Positions 52,600 through 64,000 of a DNA stretch of 64,000 bases are shown here, in pieces (within the stretch, counting starts at the first letter, position 1; every line of letters begins with the position of its first letter). Source of the DNA: Haplodiscus bocki (Eukaryota); NCBI GenBank assembly GCA_965655095.1, contig OZ296657.1, positions 90,768,001 through 90,832,000 of the forward strand. The letters are read 5' to 3'. The notes below the pieces were generated by a model. The model was not told the origin of the DNA. It did not search any database and saw only the letters and a program-made list of their open reading frames with translations. The position numbers were made by a program, and so were the translations under genes.

Positions 52600-54270
52600 A
52601 CCAAAAATTGACGGAAGAGATCAAATTTGCTGAAAGTAGCTCATTTTTCAAATTTCTCTCGCTAAAAAACCTATCGAAAAGTTTTATTTTCTGTGATCAC
52701 TGTCGAACCGCCAGCGATAATCAACTAACTTTTCTATTAGATTCGTTTAAAGGATGGATTCGTTTGGGAATTTCTGTCAACATATAAGATTTCAAATTGA
52801 CACAAAAAGTTCAAAAAGCGTCGAATTTCATTTTTTGTCGCAGGAAAAAACCTATCGAGAAACATTGACGCCAAAACAAAATGGTACGATTTCTTTACTG
52901 GTAGTCATTGATTGAAGCTATACAAAATTCAAGTAGGTTGAAGAACTAGGTGCCAAGATGAGAGACTGCAAATTTACATACATTTTCCGAAAACCAAAAT
53001 ATGCTGGATTTCCAAGACTCTTCGTGTAAAAGCGAACCGAAAGTTTTCCTCGAAGCAAGCAAAATGTACGAAAATAATATTTTGTGACTTTCCAATGCCA
53101 TGGCAAACAATTGGGTTTTTTTTCGGACTTGTTTACAGGGACTGAAAATGTTGAAGAAGCTGGGTTTTCAAGTTTTCTTCGCAAAGAAACCTATCGGAAA
53201 GCTTCGTTATTGCAACGAATTAACTATCTGATATAGTTGAGTAGTCATAGGTTACAAAATTAAATTAAATTGAAGAACTAGGTGACAAAATTACAGATTT
53301 GAAAGTCCCAAAAGCGCTCGATTCACTAGATAATTACTAGAGGAAACAGATCCAAAAATTGGACCGCAACTGAAATTTGGTATGTGACGAGAAAGAGTCT
53401 TTTTGCAAAGGTTGTCCAAAATTGAAGCAATTGAAAGCCCTACATGCGGAATTAAACGACATTTTTGAATCGACAATTAATGTCAAAGTAGTTGAGTTTA
53501 GCTCGATTTTTCACAATTTCTTTTCGCTAAAAAACAATCATTATATTGTATGACGACAAGCAACATTTGGTAGGTGATAAAAGAGAGTCTCTTCAGTTAA
53601 CTTGTGCCAAATTGAGGTTATTTGGAGCCCTAAATTAGGAAACAAATGATTTATTATATGACAAATGCCGTTTCCAAGTTGACAAAACAAGCTCGATTTT
53701 CAAGTTTTTTTTGCAAAAAAATTTAACATGTCTTAGGACGTTAGAACAGAGTTTCCTTGTTGAGCCTGTGTAAAAATCAAGCCTTTTCGAGCCCCACATG
53801 TGGAAATAAATGACCTACAAAATGACAACTTTGGCCAAATTGGCCAAAATTAGCTCGGTTGTCAAGTTTCTGTCGCAAATAAAACTGTCGAGAAATTGTC
53901 GGACCTCAACCAGAGTATAGTGTGCAGTAGAAAAGAGTCTCCTCGTCCAGTCTGTTCAACATTCAGGCAATTTGGAGCCCCATATGAGGAAACAAATACT
54001 TATAATATGAAAAAATTCGTGACAAAGCTCGATTTTCGAGTGTCTTGCGCAGAAAAAACATGGAAAAAACGTCGGATCACAACCGAAATTCAGGGTGCGA
54101 TAAAACTGAGTCTCCTAAATCAACCTGTGCAGAATTCAGCCAATTTTGGGCCCCACATGTGGAAATAAACGACTTTTTATTTGACAAATTTGGTCAAATG
54201 GGCCAAAATTTGGTCGGGTTTCAAGTTTGTTATCGCAAAGACTTTCGAAAAATTATCGGACCGCAACCAA
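52600..54270. repeat. Degenerate ~175 bp tandem repeat
   Basis: G(A/G)GCCC....T.GGAAA.AAA motif near 53625, 53790, 53974 and 54148; recurring TCAAGTTT..CGCAAA.AAAC.TATCG. Confidence 0.55.
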
Positions 54271-54289
54271 AAATATCGGTCTTTGAGGG

Positions 54290-54475
54290 AGAAATGTTTG
54301 GCAGGGTTGTCAAAACTGCGTTCTACCTGTCCAGTGGAACATTTTCGGATTCACAATTTTTTTTGAATTTTATATATAGATTTTCGGAAATTAGGCAAAA
54401 GAATTTCGGACTTTGAGCAAGAAATTTTCGGCAGGGTTGTCAAAACTGCGTTCTAATTGCTCGGAGGAACACATT
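54290..54475 (+). repeat. Short interspersed/tandem repeat family (GGCAGGGTTGTCAAAACTGCGTTCTA)
   Basis: Two copies 130 bp apart; related inverted copies at 60890-61350. Confidence 0.6.
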
Positions 54476-54601
54476 GATTTTTTAAAAAACGTGAAAATGT
54501 TCACTCCGAATTGGCAAATTCTCGAGAAAAAAATGAACCTACTGAGGGAAAGATTTTCCTTTCACAATATTTTATGACGGAAAATGATAATAGGGCGGAC
54601 T

Positions 54602-54967
54602 ATGAAATCGCTCAAGTTACAATCTGTGAAAATCAATTTGCCAGAAAGCCAGATGTCGAATTTCTTGGCGACCATTTTAGCTCCGGATACTTCTGTGGAG
54701 TCGACCCCCAAACATTCCGCCCACTCTCTTCCCTTTGCGATCTTTTCTCCCTCATCAAAAAGCAGTCCTCTTAAGTCTTGTCTGAAAGAAGCCTCCGAGT
54801 GTTTTCTGGGTGCAGAGGAAACAGCCGTGCTCACTCCCCCTCGGGTCAAATTTGGAGAGATCAAGGTGACCGAAGTCGAGGGGCTCGGTTCCTGTGCTGG
54901 GGAAAGTTGTGCCCCCCAAATGTGGAATTGTGGAGAGGATTCCAGCTCAGATGATAACCTATACTGA
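54602..54967 (+). CDS. Hypothetical 121-aa protein with KSCLK and RVKF motifs
   Basis: ATG at 54602; locally higher GC than the flanks; Ser/Pro-rich; acidic tail. Confidence 0.3.
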   Translation: MKSLKLQSVKINLPESQMSNFLATILAPDTSVESTPKHSAHSLPFAIFSPSSKSSPLKSCLKEASECFLGAEETAVLTPPRVKFGEIKVTEVEGLGSCAGESCAPQMWNCGEDSSSDDNLY

Positions 54968-56120
54968 CCAGTGATGACCTAATGGTACCAGGATTGAAAA
55001 ATCGATTAGCATTTTTCAAAAATCTTTTTGATGGGTTTCACGGGTTGAGAAAATCGAAGTACTGTGTGTTTCAAGTGTCAAAACGTCATCATACTGAAGT
55101 CATACATCATTTATAGAGTGTTGCGTTGTTTCTTTGAGAAAAATTGCTTCTGAGAACATAGTTTTTGCCATTATTGAAGATGATATTTTCAAAATTGATC
55201 TTGGCTTTGGGATGTTTTCAACCTAAAAAATTTCGCTAGGCGTGAGCGACACTTGCCTAAAAATTTAATTTAATGTTCAATTGGGAAAGGGAAGGAATTC
55301 AAGAGTCACCTGTTAATTGGTTATCACTGACACTACTAAATGTGTACATCCACCAAACCAGCCAAAATTGAAACCTGCTCATGTTTTGCTCTGAGTGTGT
55401 ACCTCGACCTGTCTGATGCATTTCGATTTTAAAGCAACACGAAGTTTCTTTTTAAGATTGTCAAAAGCAAGAAAAGTTCATATTGTTCGGAAATTCAGAA
55501 AGTTGGAGTGAAAAGATGTGGCCAATTCTGACTTTGGGTATCAGAGTCGCAGCATTATAGATTATACGCTTACGAAATGAAGTAAAGCTTTGAGTTCCGA
55601 AAGGACGTCAATTTGCTTTCACAGCCATCACAAGGAAAAATTTGATTGTTTTTAAATGAATTCCAAGAAGCAGTCATCGCTGAGTGGGTTTCAACGTCGG
55701 CATTTCAAGAGCTCATTCAGCCGGTAGTCATGTCTGCTTACTCATCCAAATATTTAAATAGATTAATCAAAGAGTCCAGTTTTGAGCAGTATTATTAATT
55801 ATTTAGTATAACTAACTGCATCACGTCTGTCCAGTCTCAGAGATAAAAAATTGTTGTGATAGTGATAAAATTGCTGTTTTATATGGACTAGTTTTGTAAG
55901 TTGTAGATGTTATTTTTGTGTTAGACATCAGTCCTATCCATATTTTTTTGCAAAATACATTTTCTTATTGGAGACTATTTTCCTTCGCTTGAACTGCTCA
56001 ATGAATAATTTGTGGCAGAAGGAACCTCATGAAATAAGATGCTTCCTTGCAAACCCAAACTTGTGATTTGATGGTTTTTTTCGTCTACTGTTGAGAATTA
56101 CAAAAAGAATTTCAAATCTT

Positions 56121-56560
56121 ATTATTCTCCGCCCATATTTATAATATAGAAGCAAAATTGTCTACTCAAAGCGGTGCGTTTTTTAACGTTTTGTTGCTTG
56201 CCAATTGTCCGGGCAGAATGCAAGAATGCACAGATTTTCTGACTCTGAATTTTTTTACACCAAATTGTTGCAAATTTGCCGTAGAACGCGACTGGAATAG
56301 TAAGGTTCTCGAAAAGTACGAAACGGGTATTTTTGAAAAATGGATGGATTTTTTCGCAAAAAACGTGCAAAAAACTTCAAATTTGCTGTAGAATGCGTGC
56401 CAAATATTGAAAATGTCTTCAGCTTAATTGTGAAGCTTTTCTGTAGAAAAATTTGTAAATATGATAAGAGTATTTCTTGAAAAAAAATTCATCCTTGTAA
56501 GAGGCATCTTTATGAAAATTTGAGGACGGAAAATATGTTGGTGGTAGCGGGCCTCTTGTT
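56121..56560 (+). mobile_element. Helentron/HINE-like repeat copy, opposite orientation, just upstream of DUS4L
   Basis: ATTATTCTCCGCC ... AAAATATGTTGGTGGTAGCGGGCCTCTTGTT. Confidence 0.6.
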
Positions 56561-56680
56561 AATAATTCATTGAAACCTATTTCGACAAACGTTCAAGGAG
56601 AAGCTCAAGATAGCTTTCTAGATTGTGCTTAACTCGACGGCTATTCATTGATAAAAGTGAAAGTTTCAGACGAGTGAGAA

Positions 56681-57658
56681 ATGAATGGACTTGAACGTCG
56701 AAATGCAATTGACGTCAGGGACCTACTACTAAATAGCGAGAAACCTCTGAAGGTCTGTGCTCCAATGGTTCGCTTTTCCAAATTACCCCTGCGACTTTTG
56801 GTCCGCAAATATGGCTGTGACCTCACGTACACCTCAATGATAATGGCTGACAGTTTTGTACAATCCGAAAGCTCACGCACCGTCGAGTTCGTGACATGCA
56901 ATGAAGAACCAGGCCCTGTCATTACGCAATTCGCATCAAACACTGTCGGCGATTTTATCGATGCAGCCCAACTTGTTGCTGGATTTTGCGACGGGGTCGA
57001 CCTAAACTGCGGATGCCCCCAAAAATGGGCCATGCGAGAAGGTTACGGAGCATCTTTGCTCTCAACCCCTCAAAAGATCTATGAACTTGTGCGAGAAAGT
57101 AAAAACAGGGTATCTTCAGATGCTTCGTTTTCTATATCTGTGAAACTTAGATTACTGGACTCACTCCGCGAAACCATTGAAATGTATCGACAAATAGAAA
57201 ATACTGGGGTATCTTTTATAGGTGTGCATGCCCGGACGACAAAAATGAGAACAGAGCCTGCTGACCACGCGCAGCTGAAAGAAATTCGCGAGTCAGTACA
57301 AATTCCAGTTATTGCAAACGGAGATTGCTTTTCCCTCAAAGACTTCGAAAAGATATCTCAACAAACAAAATGTCACGGCGTTATGGCAGCCCGCGGAGTT
57401 CTGGAAAATCCTGCACTGTTTGCGGGTTATGAAACTACACCCTTGTGTTGTATTGAAGATTTCCTAGACTTGTGTTTGAAACATGGTTTCAATTTTGCGT
57501 CATTCAAAAAGTTGTTTTATTGGATGATTGAGCGAAATTGCAGCAAATCCGAACGGTTGAATATTATAGCCTGTCAATCTATACCTCAAATCGTACAATA
57601 TTTCCACGACAACTTCGATCAGAATTTCTTGACAGATGGCCTGAACGATATTACGTAA
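56681..57658 (+). CDS. DUS4L: tRNA-dihydrouridine synthase 4-like, 325 aa, intronless
   Basis: VCAPMVRFSKLPLRLLVRKYGCDL, QFA, DGVDLNCGCPQKWAMREGYGASLL, SVKLR, VHART, VIANGD, GVMAARG.LENPALF. Confidence 0.93.
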   Translation: MNGLERRNAIDVRDLLLNSEKPLKVCAPMVRFSKLPLRLLVRKYGCDLTYTSMIMADSFVQSESSRTVEFVTCNEEPGPVITQFASNTVGDFIDAAQLVAGFCDGVDLNCGCPQKWAMREGYGASLLSTPQKIYELVRESKNRVSSDASFSISVKLRLLDSLRETIEMYRQIENTGVSFIGVHARTTKMRTEPADHAQLKEIRESVQIPVIANGDCFSLKDFEKISQQTKCHGVMAARGVLENPALFAGYETTPLCCIEDFLDLCLKHGFNFASFKKLFYWMIERNCSKSERLNIIACQSIPQIVQYFHDNFDQNFLTDGLNDIT

Positions 57659-60600
57659 CCTTTGGAGTTGCATCATACTTGTTACGTAAGCATAGTCAAG
57701 AAATGTGACCAATGGGATAAGGGAAAGTTGAACTTGGCTCGAGTGAATCGTGAGTGGGCTTTGGTGTCACTGCTACTTGGGCTCTTGATCAAAACTGTTA
57801 TTTGTTTTTTCGTTGTAAAATACCCAATTGTATCCGGAGAGTTATGCAGAGTCAATACAACAAACGTCAAACGCAAAATTGATATGTTGCAAAGTGTGTA
57901 CTGTAAAATTTCAAACCTGAGCTGCAGCTTGCAGTGGAATCGGTTGATAGTGATGACCAAAAATGTGTCATGCGCGTGCCCGCCGGGGACATGAAAAGGA
58001 TTTGATTGGAATGCAAAGTGTTTGAAAAGCCCCAATGAGCTTATTACGCAATCAATGGTTCGCACAGTTGACCAAGAATTGAATTGGTGAACGAACGATG
58101 CTTTTGGAGTTTCCTGGACAGTAATTACACATCAAGAGAGAACTTGTTTTGAATATGAATCTTTAATGGGTTTTTATGGTGTACAATAACATTGGAGGGC
58201 TTCTGTTCGAAGAGCTACAGGATGTTTGATGTTCGTGATGGCGGCGGCGGCGGCGTTTAATCTTATCTCATAGGCGCAATATTCGTTCATGGTGCCGGCG
58301 GAACACATAATTATGCGTCTCTCGTTATGAACAAACGAACAAATGCGATAAATGTTGTTGTTGGATTTACTTTTCTGAATCATGCTCACACTGGAATTGA
58401 CTGAGAAATGTAGCATTGTTATCATTTTTTTGCTAAATGTATCGAAAAGTTGAGACAGTAAAAATACTTATACTGGTTTTATGTGGAATGCTTTTCGTCG
58501 GTGCTCTACAATTATGTAAAGGTATCCCCCTATTTGCAGTGGCTACTTTTTCCACCATGTATTGGGCGCAAATGAAGAGTCGATCTCGAGGACTCCCGAA
58601 ACAGGACGAGTCTTTAAGAACGGCCATATACTACTAACAAGTGCAAAAAGTTGAGAAAACATGAATATAGCGTTTTACATACCAAAAAAATTCAGACCTT
58701 CCGTCCGAACTTTTTTCGTGGTATCCCCTCCCTTACATATGGCAAAACTATTTTTGTACAGGCAAATGACAATAATTCTGATTTAATGACTTCCTAAGGC
58801 AAATAATATAACAAAGAGTCCCTCTACTAATTTTTTCGCACTATGAGCCCAAATATTTAGCAAAAAAATCCGACTATACCAAATTTCTGTCAGTAAATGT
58901 AGCACTTGTAAATTATCATACGAGATTGATTAATTAAATGTTTTGTATTGGTTCCGCCCTAGTCTGGATGCGTTTGCTATAAAAAGATACGTGTAATTAC
59001 TGTTTACATGAACAAAATTGAAATATGAACAATATGAAATGAATGTGTTGCTATCTCTAAGTTATTCTGGAAGCTGGGGAGTGTTCTTTTTCTCGGAATA
59101 ACCTGTCCGCGGGCTTCGCAGATGTTCTTATATTTAGATAGATCTTATATAGAGCGTACATGTAGATTCTATAGCTTAAACTACCGGTGAACAGTCATCA
59201 ATGCCAGCCGCTTCGATCAGTGTATGTAATTCCAATCAGTTTCTAGTCAGTTGCAATGAAATTATGCTTCAGTGGTAATAGAAGATGTCCTCTTTCTAGA
59301 CTTCGAGTCTCACAACATCACGCCCGGCTACCAGCGGGATGTTTTGAGGCTTTTGTAAAATTTGTTTGGCTAGACTCGGACTCTTAACAATTCGTATTTC
59401 GACCGGGTCCTACTATTACAAAAACAATAAAAGTCAAATTACCTGGCCCTACTTAGGCGTTCTAATTGAAATTCAAAAACCCGGTTCCGTATGGCCGAGA
59501 GCTTATGACGTCAAGCTATTTTAGCAAAATGTCACCGCGGCTTTCGGTCTTGTCCAATCAGGATCGAGTATTTGCTGATGTCATGCTATTTATGGTAACA
59601 GTGAACGTTCGTGCAATTCGCAACTTTTGTGTAAAAACAGTGTTGAACGAATGATTTTTTCCATAAATGAATTATTGAGCTGAAAATGACAAAAGAAGCG
59701 GAAATCTTTTTGCTGTTGGTCGTTCCTGCGAATTTTTTTCCGAGGAAGTTTTAGATATTGTATACTTCTTCCTTCTACCTCAAGTTTCTCATCCCGATTT
59801 CAGAAATCAATTTTGATTTTTCCTTTTCAACCAAAGTTTTCCCAAAAGGTAGCAAAAACACTTGGAAAAAACAAGTGAATTTTTGTTTTAATTCTCCAGT
59901 TATGATGGTCTAAAAGTGACAGCCTAAAATGCTGATTACAGTACAATTTAGGACAGTTTGGTGCGTTTCCTTATGAAAATATTCATTAGTTTCTTTTATC
60001 TAAAGCCTAATCCAAGACTCTTTACAGGTATGATGATTTAAATTAAGCCTTTTCTCGAGATTTTGTTATTTTTTCCTTTTCTTGACAAGATAGTCCAAAC
60101 GTTGCCACAAATGCTTACGATGTCAATAAAACAGACGCTTTTTTTCTTTTGAACCATCCACTCCATTCTTCTCATTTACGGCTTAATTGCCATAATTTGT
60201 TCGCGTAATTCACTTGACTGGAAGAATTTGTCCAGATGTTACATTTTCTAAAAGTATTGGTCTTTTTCGCTACATATTTTTATGATGTCGGTGCAAGTCA
60301 ATTTCCCAATAGCTTCTCACTTAAACTATCCGCTCCATTCTTCTTTCATGGCTTCATCGCCAATTTTTTGTATGTGAGTTCATGGAAAGGAGAAATTTTT
60401 CGAGTTTCGCTCCAAATTTAGTTAAGCAACGGTCCAAATTTTGCTTGGAAAGCGTAGTATGTCAGTTTAGAGTTTTCTAATTAGTTCACCTCCCGTACTG
60501 TACCTCGTACAGTTTTTTCATGAAGGGTTTAACGGAAAGACCTTCATTGAATTAGGAATTTTTTTGAGGGTTTCATTTTAATTTCTTGGAATGATAAAGC

Positions 60601-60889
60601 AAGGTTTTCTTCAAAGGCAGGGTTGTCCATTGTTGCCATCTTTCCTATTGGTTCTTCTTTTAATCCAGACACTGGATTTTTTCAATCCAGCTCCTATTGG
60701 AGCACGTTTTTCTTTCCTATTGGAGCACGTTTTTCTTTTCCTAGGAACAATGGACCTCATTTCCGGAGACTTTTCCATCATTAGGGTATATGGTGTGCTA
60801 TTATTTTTTTGTCGTAATGAATATTATTGAAGAAAAATCAATCCCTCAGAACGTAAACTTTCTCTCCGGTCACGTGCCAATTCCGCGTG

Positions 60890-61350
60890 AACATGATCAC
60901 AATCCAAAAAGATATAAACCCAAAATGTTCCTCTAGACACTTAGAAGGCAGTTTTGATAACGCTGCCGAAAGCATTCCCGTCCGATTCCAAAAATGTTCC
61001 CCTCGGTTTCGCTCGAACTCATGAGAAAAAAATTTTTTCGAATTTTTTCCCCAAAATATTCCTCCGGAAACGTAGAATGACGTTCTGACTGACGTTCTTG
61101 AAATTTTTTTGCTCAAGTTGTGCTTTTCGCTCAAAGTCCAAAAATTTATTTGAGTTTTGAATATTTTGTTTGCCAAAATGTCCCCCTCGACACGAAGAAT
61201 GCATTTTTGATAACCATGCCCAAAGTTTCCAGCTCAAAGTCTTTTGCTCAAAGTATTTTGCTAAAAATCTTTTGCTGAAATTCCAAAAAATAGGTGAAAC
61301 TCTAATTATTCTTCCAGAGTTTACCTCAAAGATGTTCCTCCGGACACGTA
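60890..61350 (-). repeat. Degenerate copies of the 54290-54475 repeat family
   Basis: AAAATGTTCCTC..GACAC.TAGAA.GCA.TTTTGATAAC units. Confidence 0.55.
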
Positions 61351-62233
61351 GAGATCAGTTTCGCAATCAACAGTGAAAAACTTATTCGCTCGAAGCCCAG
61401 AAAAAATAATTGATGGTTTTCAAGAAAAGTAGGAATCAGTTTTTTAAACAACAGCCAGGAAACAGGTTTTTTTTCGATCAAAGCCCGGTTTATTGGGTTC
61501 AAATTTTTCAGAAGCTGCTCAAAATGTTCTTGGGAATACACATTAGTGTTCACATTCTTATTCAATTTTTTGGGTAAAATTCAAAATGATTTGTATAACA
61601 TTCACACTGGGGAAAATTTTTCATAATAGCAGGATTACGGAAACTGAATTTTTGATCACTTGTGCTCTCAAACGATCGTCATCAGCGCTCGGCCTGGAGA
61701 ATTTTTTGGGGCTCTTCAATCGCAATTGTTGCACGTCTAAATCCAATAAATTGATCTTTGAACATCATTTACTACATGATGTAAATTTATTAGAATGGAA
61801 ACATTTCACGATCCAGGCAATTCACCAGGCTATTATGATTCAACCTATCCATTGCGTTGAGTTTATGGAGAGTTGCGGCAAAATTGTGGCAGTTCTTGAA
61901 AAGGAGACTGAAGGCGTTAAGGAGCATTTTGCTTATCGTAGCCTTTAGTTTTCACAGTAAGCTGTCTGATCGGTTGGGAATGGAATGGAGGCGCTGCCGT
62001 AATTAGTACCAGTGCCAATTCAGGAGCACGTACTGTTTGCCGACCAAGGTCAGTTTCAGACCAAATTTAAACTCCTGCCCAATTGTCTCGTTTTGCTAAT
62101 CACAAATAAACATTTTTCAAATCAAGACACATCTGCAGTTTCAGCCGAGAAAAACTCAAACACACTAAATCATTTAAGGAAAGACGTATTCGTATTGAAA
62201 ATCTCCAGAAATGTCTCAAGCTTTGCTTTTGAT

Positions 62234-62433
62234 NNNNNNNNNNNNNNNNNNNNNNNNNNNNNNNNNNNNNNNNNNNNNNNNNNNNNNNNNNNNNNNNNNN
62301 NNNNNNNNNNNNNNNNNNNNNNNNNNNNNNNNNNNNNNNNNNNNNNNNNNNNNNNNNNNNNNNNNNNNNNNNNNNNNNNNNNNNNNNNNNNNNNNNNNNN
62401 NNNNNNNNNNNNNNNNNNNNNNNNNNNNNNNNN
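62234..62433. other. Assembly gap (200 N)
   Basis: N run. Confidence 1.
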
Positions 62434-62439
62434 ATGACA

Positions 62440-63370
62440 CTAAGCCCCCAGGCTTAAATTCACAGAAAGAAAAACTTCTTCAAGATAGGATGATATTGAA
62501 ACAGAAATATGGATGTGTTTCCTTAGCCATGTTGTAGATTATGTATCTGTGAATTCTTCATCTTCCGCAAAAATTGACCGGAACTCAAATAAAGTCAAAG
62601 AGTTGAAAAGCTTTCGTCTTGTAAAATGTCTACTTGGTCAAAAAATAATTCACGGAGCTGATACAGGTTTTTTCTGGGACAATATGCTCAACATGTTCTT
62701 TGCAAGTTCTTAAATGTCTCTCCAGATTCACAAATCTAATAGCGAAATGATCACACGATGGTCAACGATAAGCTTTGAAAAGAGCGTTGATCTTGGAGAC
62801 ATAACAAATGTGGTTATTGTAACGTAGAAACTTCACATTTTTGGAGCACTTTTCTTTGCTTCTTCTCGCAAGTTTTCTAGCAAAAACTTAATCCACAGAA
62901 TCAATGTCGTACAGAAAAATGTTGGTTTCAATCAAGTACTCTTTTGGTTGGAATATCGTTCAAACGAACGCTTTTGAATTTGGCTGCATCAACGACTTCT
63001 GTGTTCTGTAGATAGGCGCAGACAATTTAGATGTTTATTCTCCCAGTTTATCACTACCGTGCAAACGGAAATCTAAAGTTCTAAGGAGTCCGAAATTGTT
63101 GTTGAAAGGTTTCCTGTTGCTTTTCTCAAAAGTCAATTAATGAAGAGTGGTTCTGACAAAACAGCGTTTTCACACTCCATAGGAACTTCCTTGCAGCAAA
63201 ACACTTTACATTCGTTAGCTTGTGGAAATTCCATTTTGTTTTTGCTCGCTCTTTTGTGGAAGGTTCAATCACACCAATATTGTTTATCGAAGTCTCAATT
63301 TTTTTCAACTCCTCTTTTTTAGCCACGATTTTCAGCAGAAGTGATTATCATTGTCGTTATTGCGCATTCA
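62440..63370 (-). pseudogene. Second, more diverged Polinton-like polB remnant, inverted relative to the array
   Basis: The reverse complement aligns by eye with the array unit (GCCTATCTACAGAACA..GTTGATGCAGCCA; ACCAAC.TTTTTCTGTACGACATTGAT; GAAGTTCCTATG). Confidence 0.8.
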
Positions 63371-64000
63371 TATGTCAGGTCAGCGAAATTCCCGTAAAGA
63401 ACAAACCAGTTCGTTTCTTTAGATGTGTAACCATGGGCTTTTTAAATTTGACGAGACGCAGATAACAAGTCGAGATCTTATTGGACTTGTTTATTGTCAT
63501 GGCATGTAATGTTCGAGACAAAAGTGTGTCTTTGCCCTTATATGCAAAGAGATTGGTGAAAATTGGTACGATTTTCTGCAATGCAAAACATGCAACCATG
63601 TTTCGAATAATCCTTTTGAGGACTGAAAACAATTTTTTTTGTTTTTGAAGGCGATGGGTCAGGTTTCCTTGCCAAAAATCCAAGTTGGGACTACGAAAAC
63701 GTAAAACCATCTCTGTTTTTCAAGAAAATGCTCCGCCAACTGCGATCAGCGACACTCAAAAATGAGCGAAAAAACAGAAAACAATCCTTTCTTGGCATAG
63801 CCGTGTCGACTTCCCACTGGTGGATACAATTAACCAAAAATTGAATTTCTTAGTTTCCTTTCTCACATAGTCAGTCTACATTAAAACAGCATGAATTTTT
63901 CAGTCTGGAATGATGGTATAGACTGGTCTCTCGACTTTAATTCTGTCTTTGTCGCTATTTCGTTTTATGTTCTTTCCATATTTGGTGTAATGTATCGAGA

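Noticed and set aside
59500-59565. TGACGTCA palindrome plus CCAAT box as a promoter
   Set aside because: No associated gene; short motifs, probably within a repeat.
60693-60741. 23-bp tandem duplication (CCTATTGGAGCACGTTTTTCTTT x2)
   Set aside because: Only two copies; ordinary slippage.
62012-62537. ORFs spanning the N run
   Set aside because: Artefacts of the assembly gap.

Overview
AT-rich eukaryotic (probably invertebrate animal) repeat-dense DNA with one clear host gene, an intronless DUS4L-type tRNA-dihydrouridine synthase (56681-57658). Positions 1-22840 are a head-to-tail macrosatellite of about 2.37 kb units (about 9.6 copies, open at the left edge) built from the decayed 5' half of a Polinton/adintovirus-type protein-primed DNA polymerase B gene. 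The last unit runs on into more of the polB gene and a major-capsid-protein remnant. A CRE-like non-LTR retrotransposon remnant is split by a complete 12.7 kb Gypsy/Metaviridae LTR element (26134-38859; TG..CA LTRs, CTGAG target-site duplication). This element is the most unusual thing here. Besides gag, pol and an F-like class I env, it carries a TARG1/OARD1-type macrodomain fused to the integrase C-terminus and an antisense JmjC dioxygenase gene with an intact HxD...H triad, plus small accessory ORFs. This suggests a retrovirus-like element with its own anti-silencing/anti-ADP-ribosylation kit, though that function is inference. The rest holds a decayed APE-RT LINE, Helentron-like non-autonomous repeats, degenerate satellites, a 200-N assembly gap and an inverted, more diverged Polinton remnant. 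All family calls come from motifs read by eye; no searches were run.
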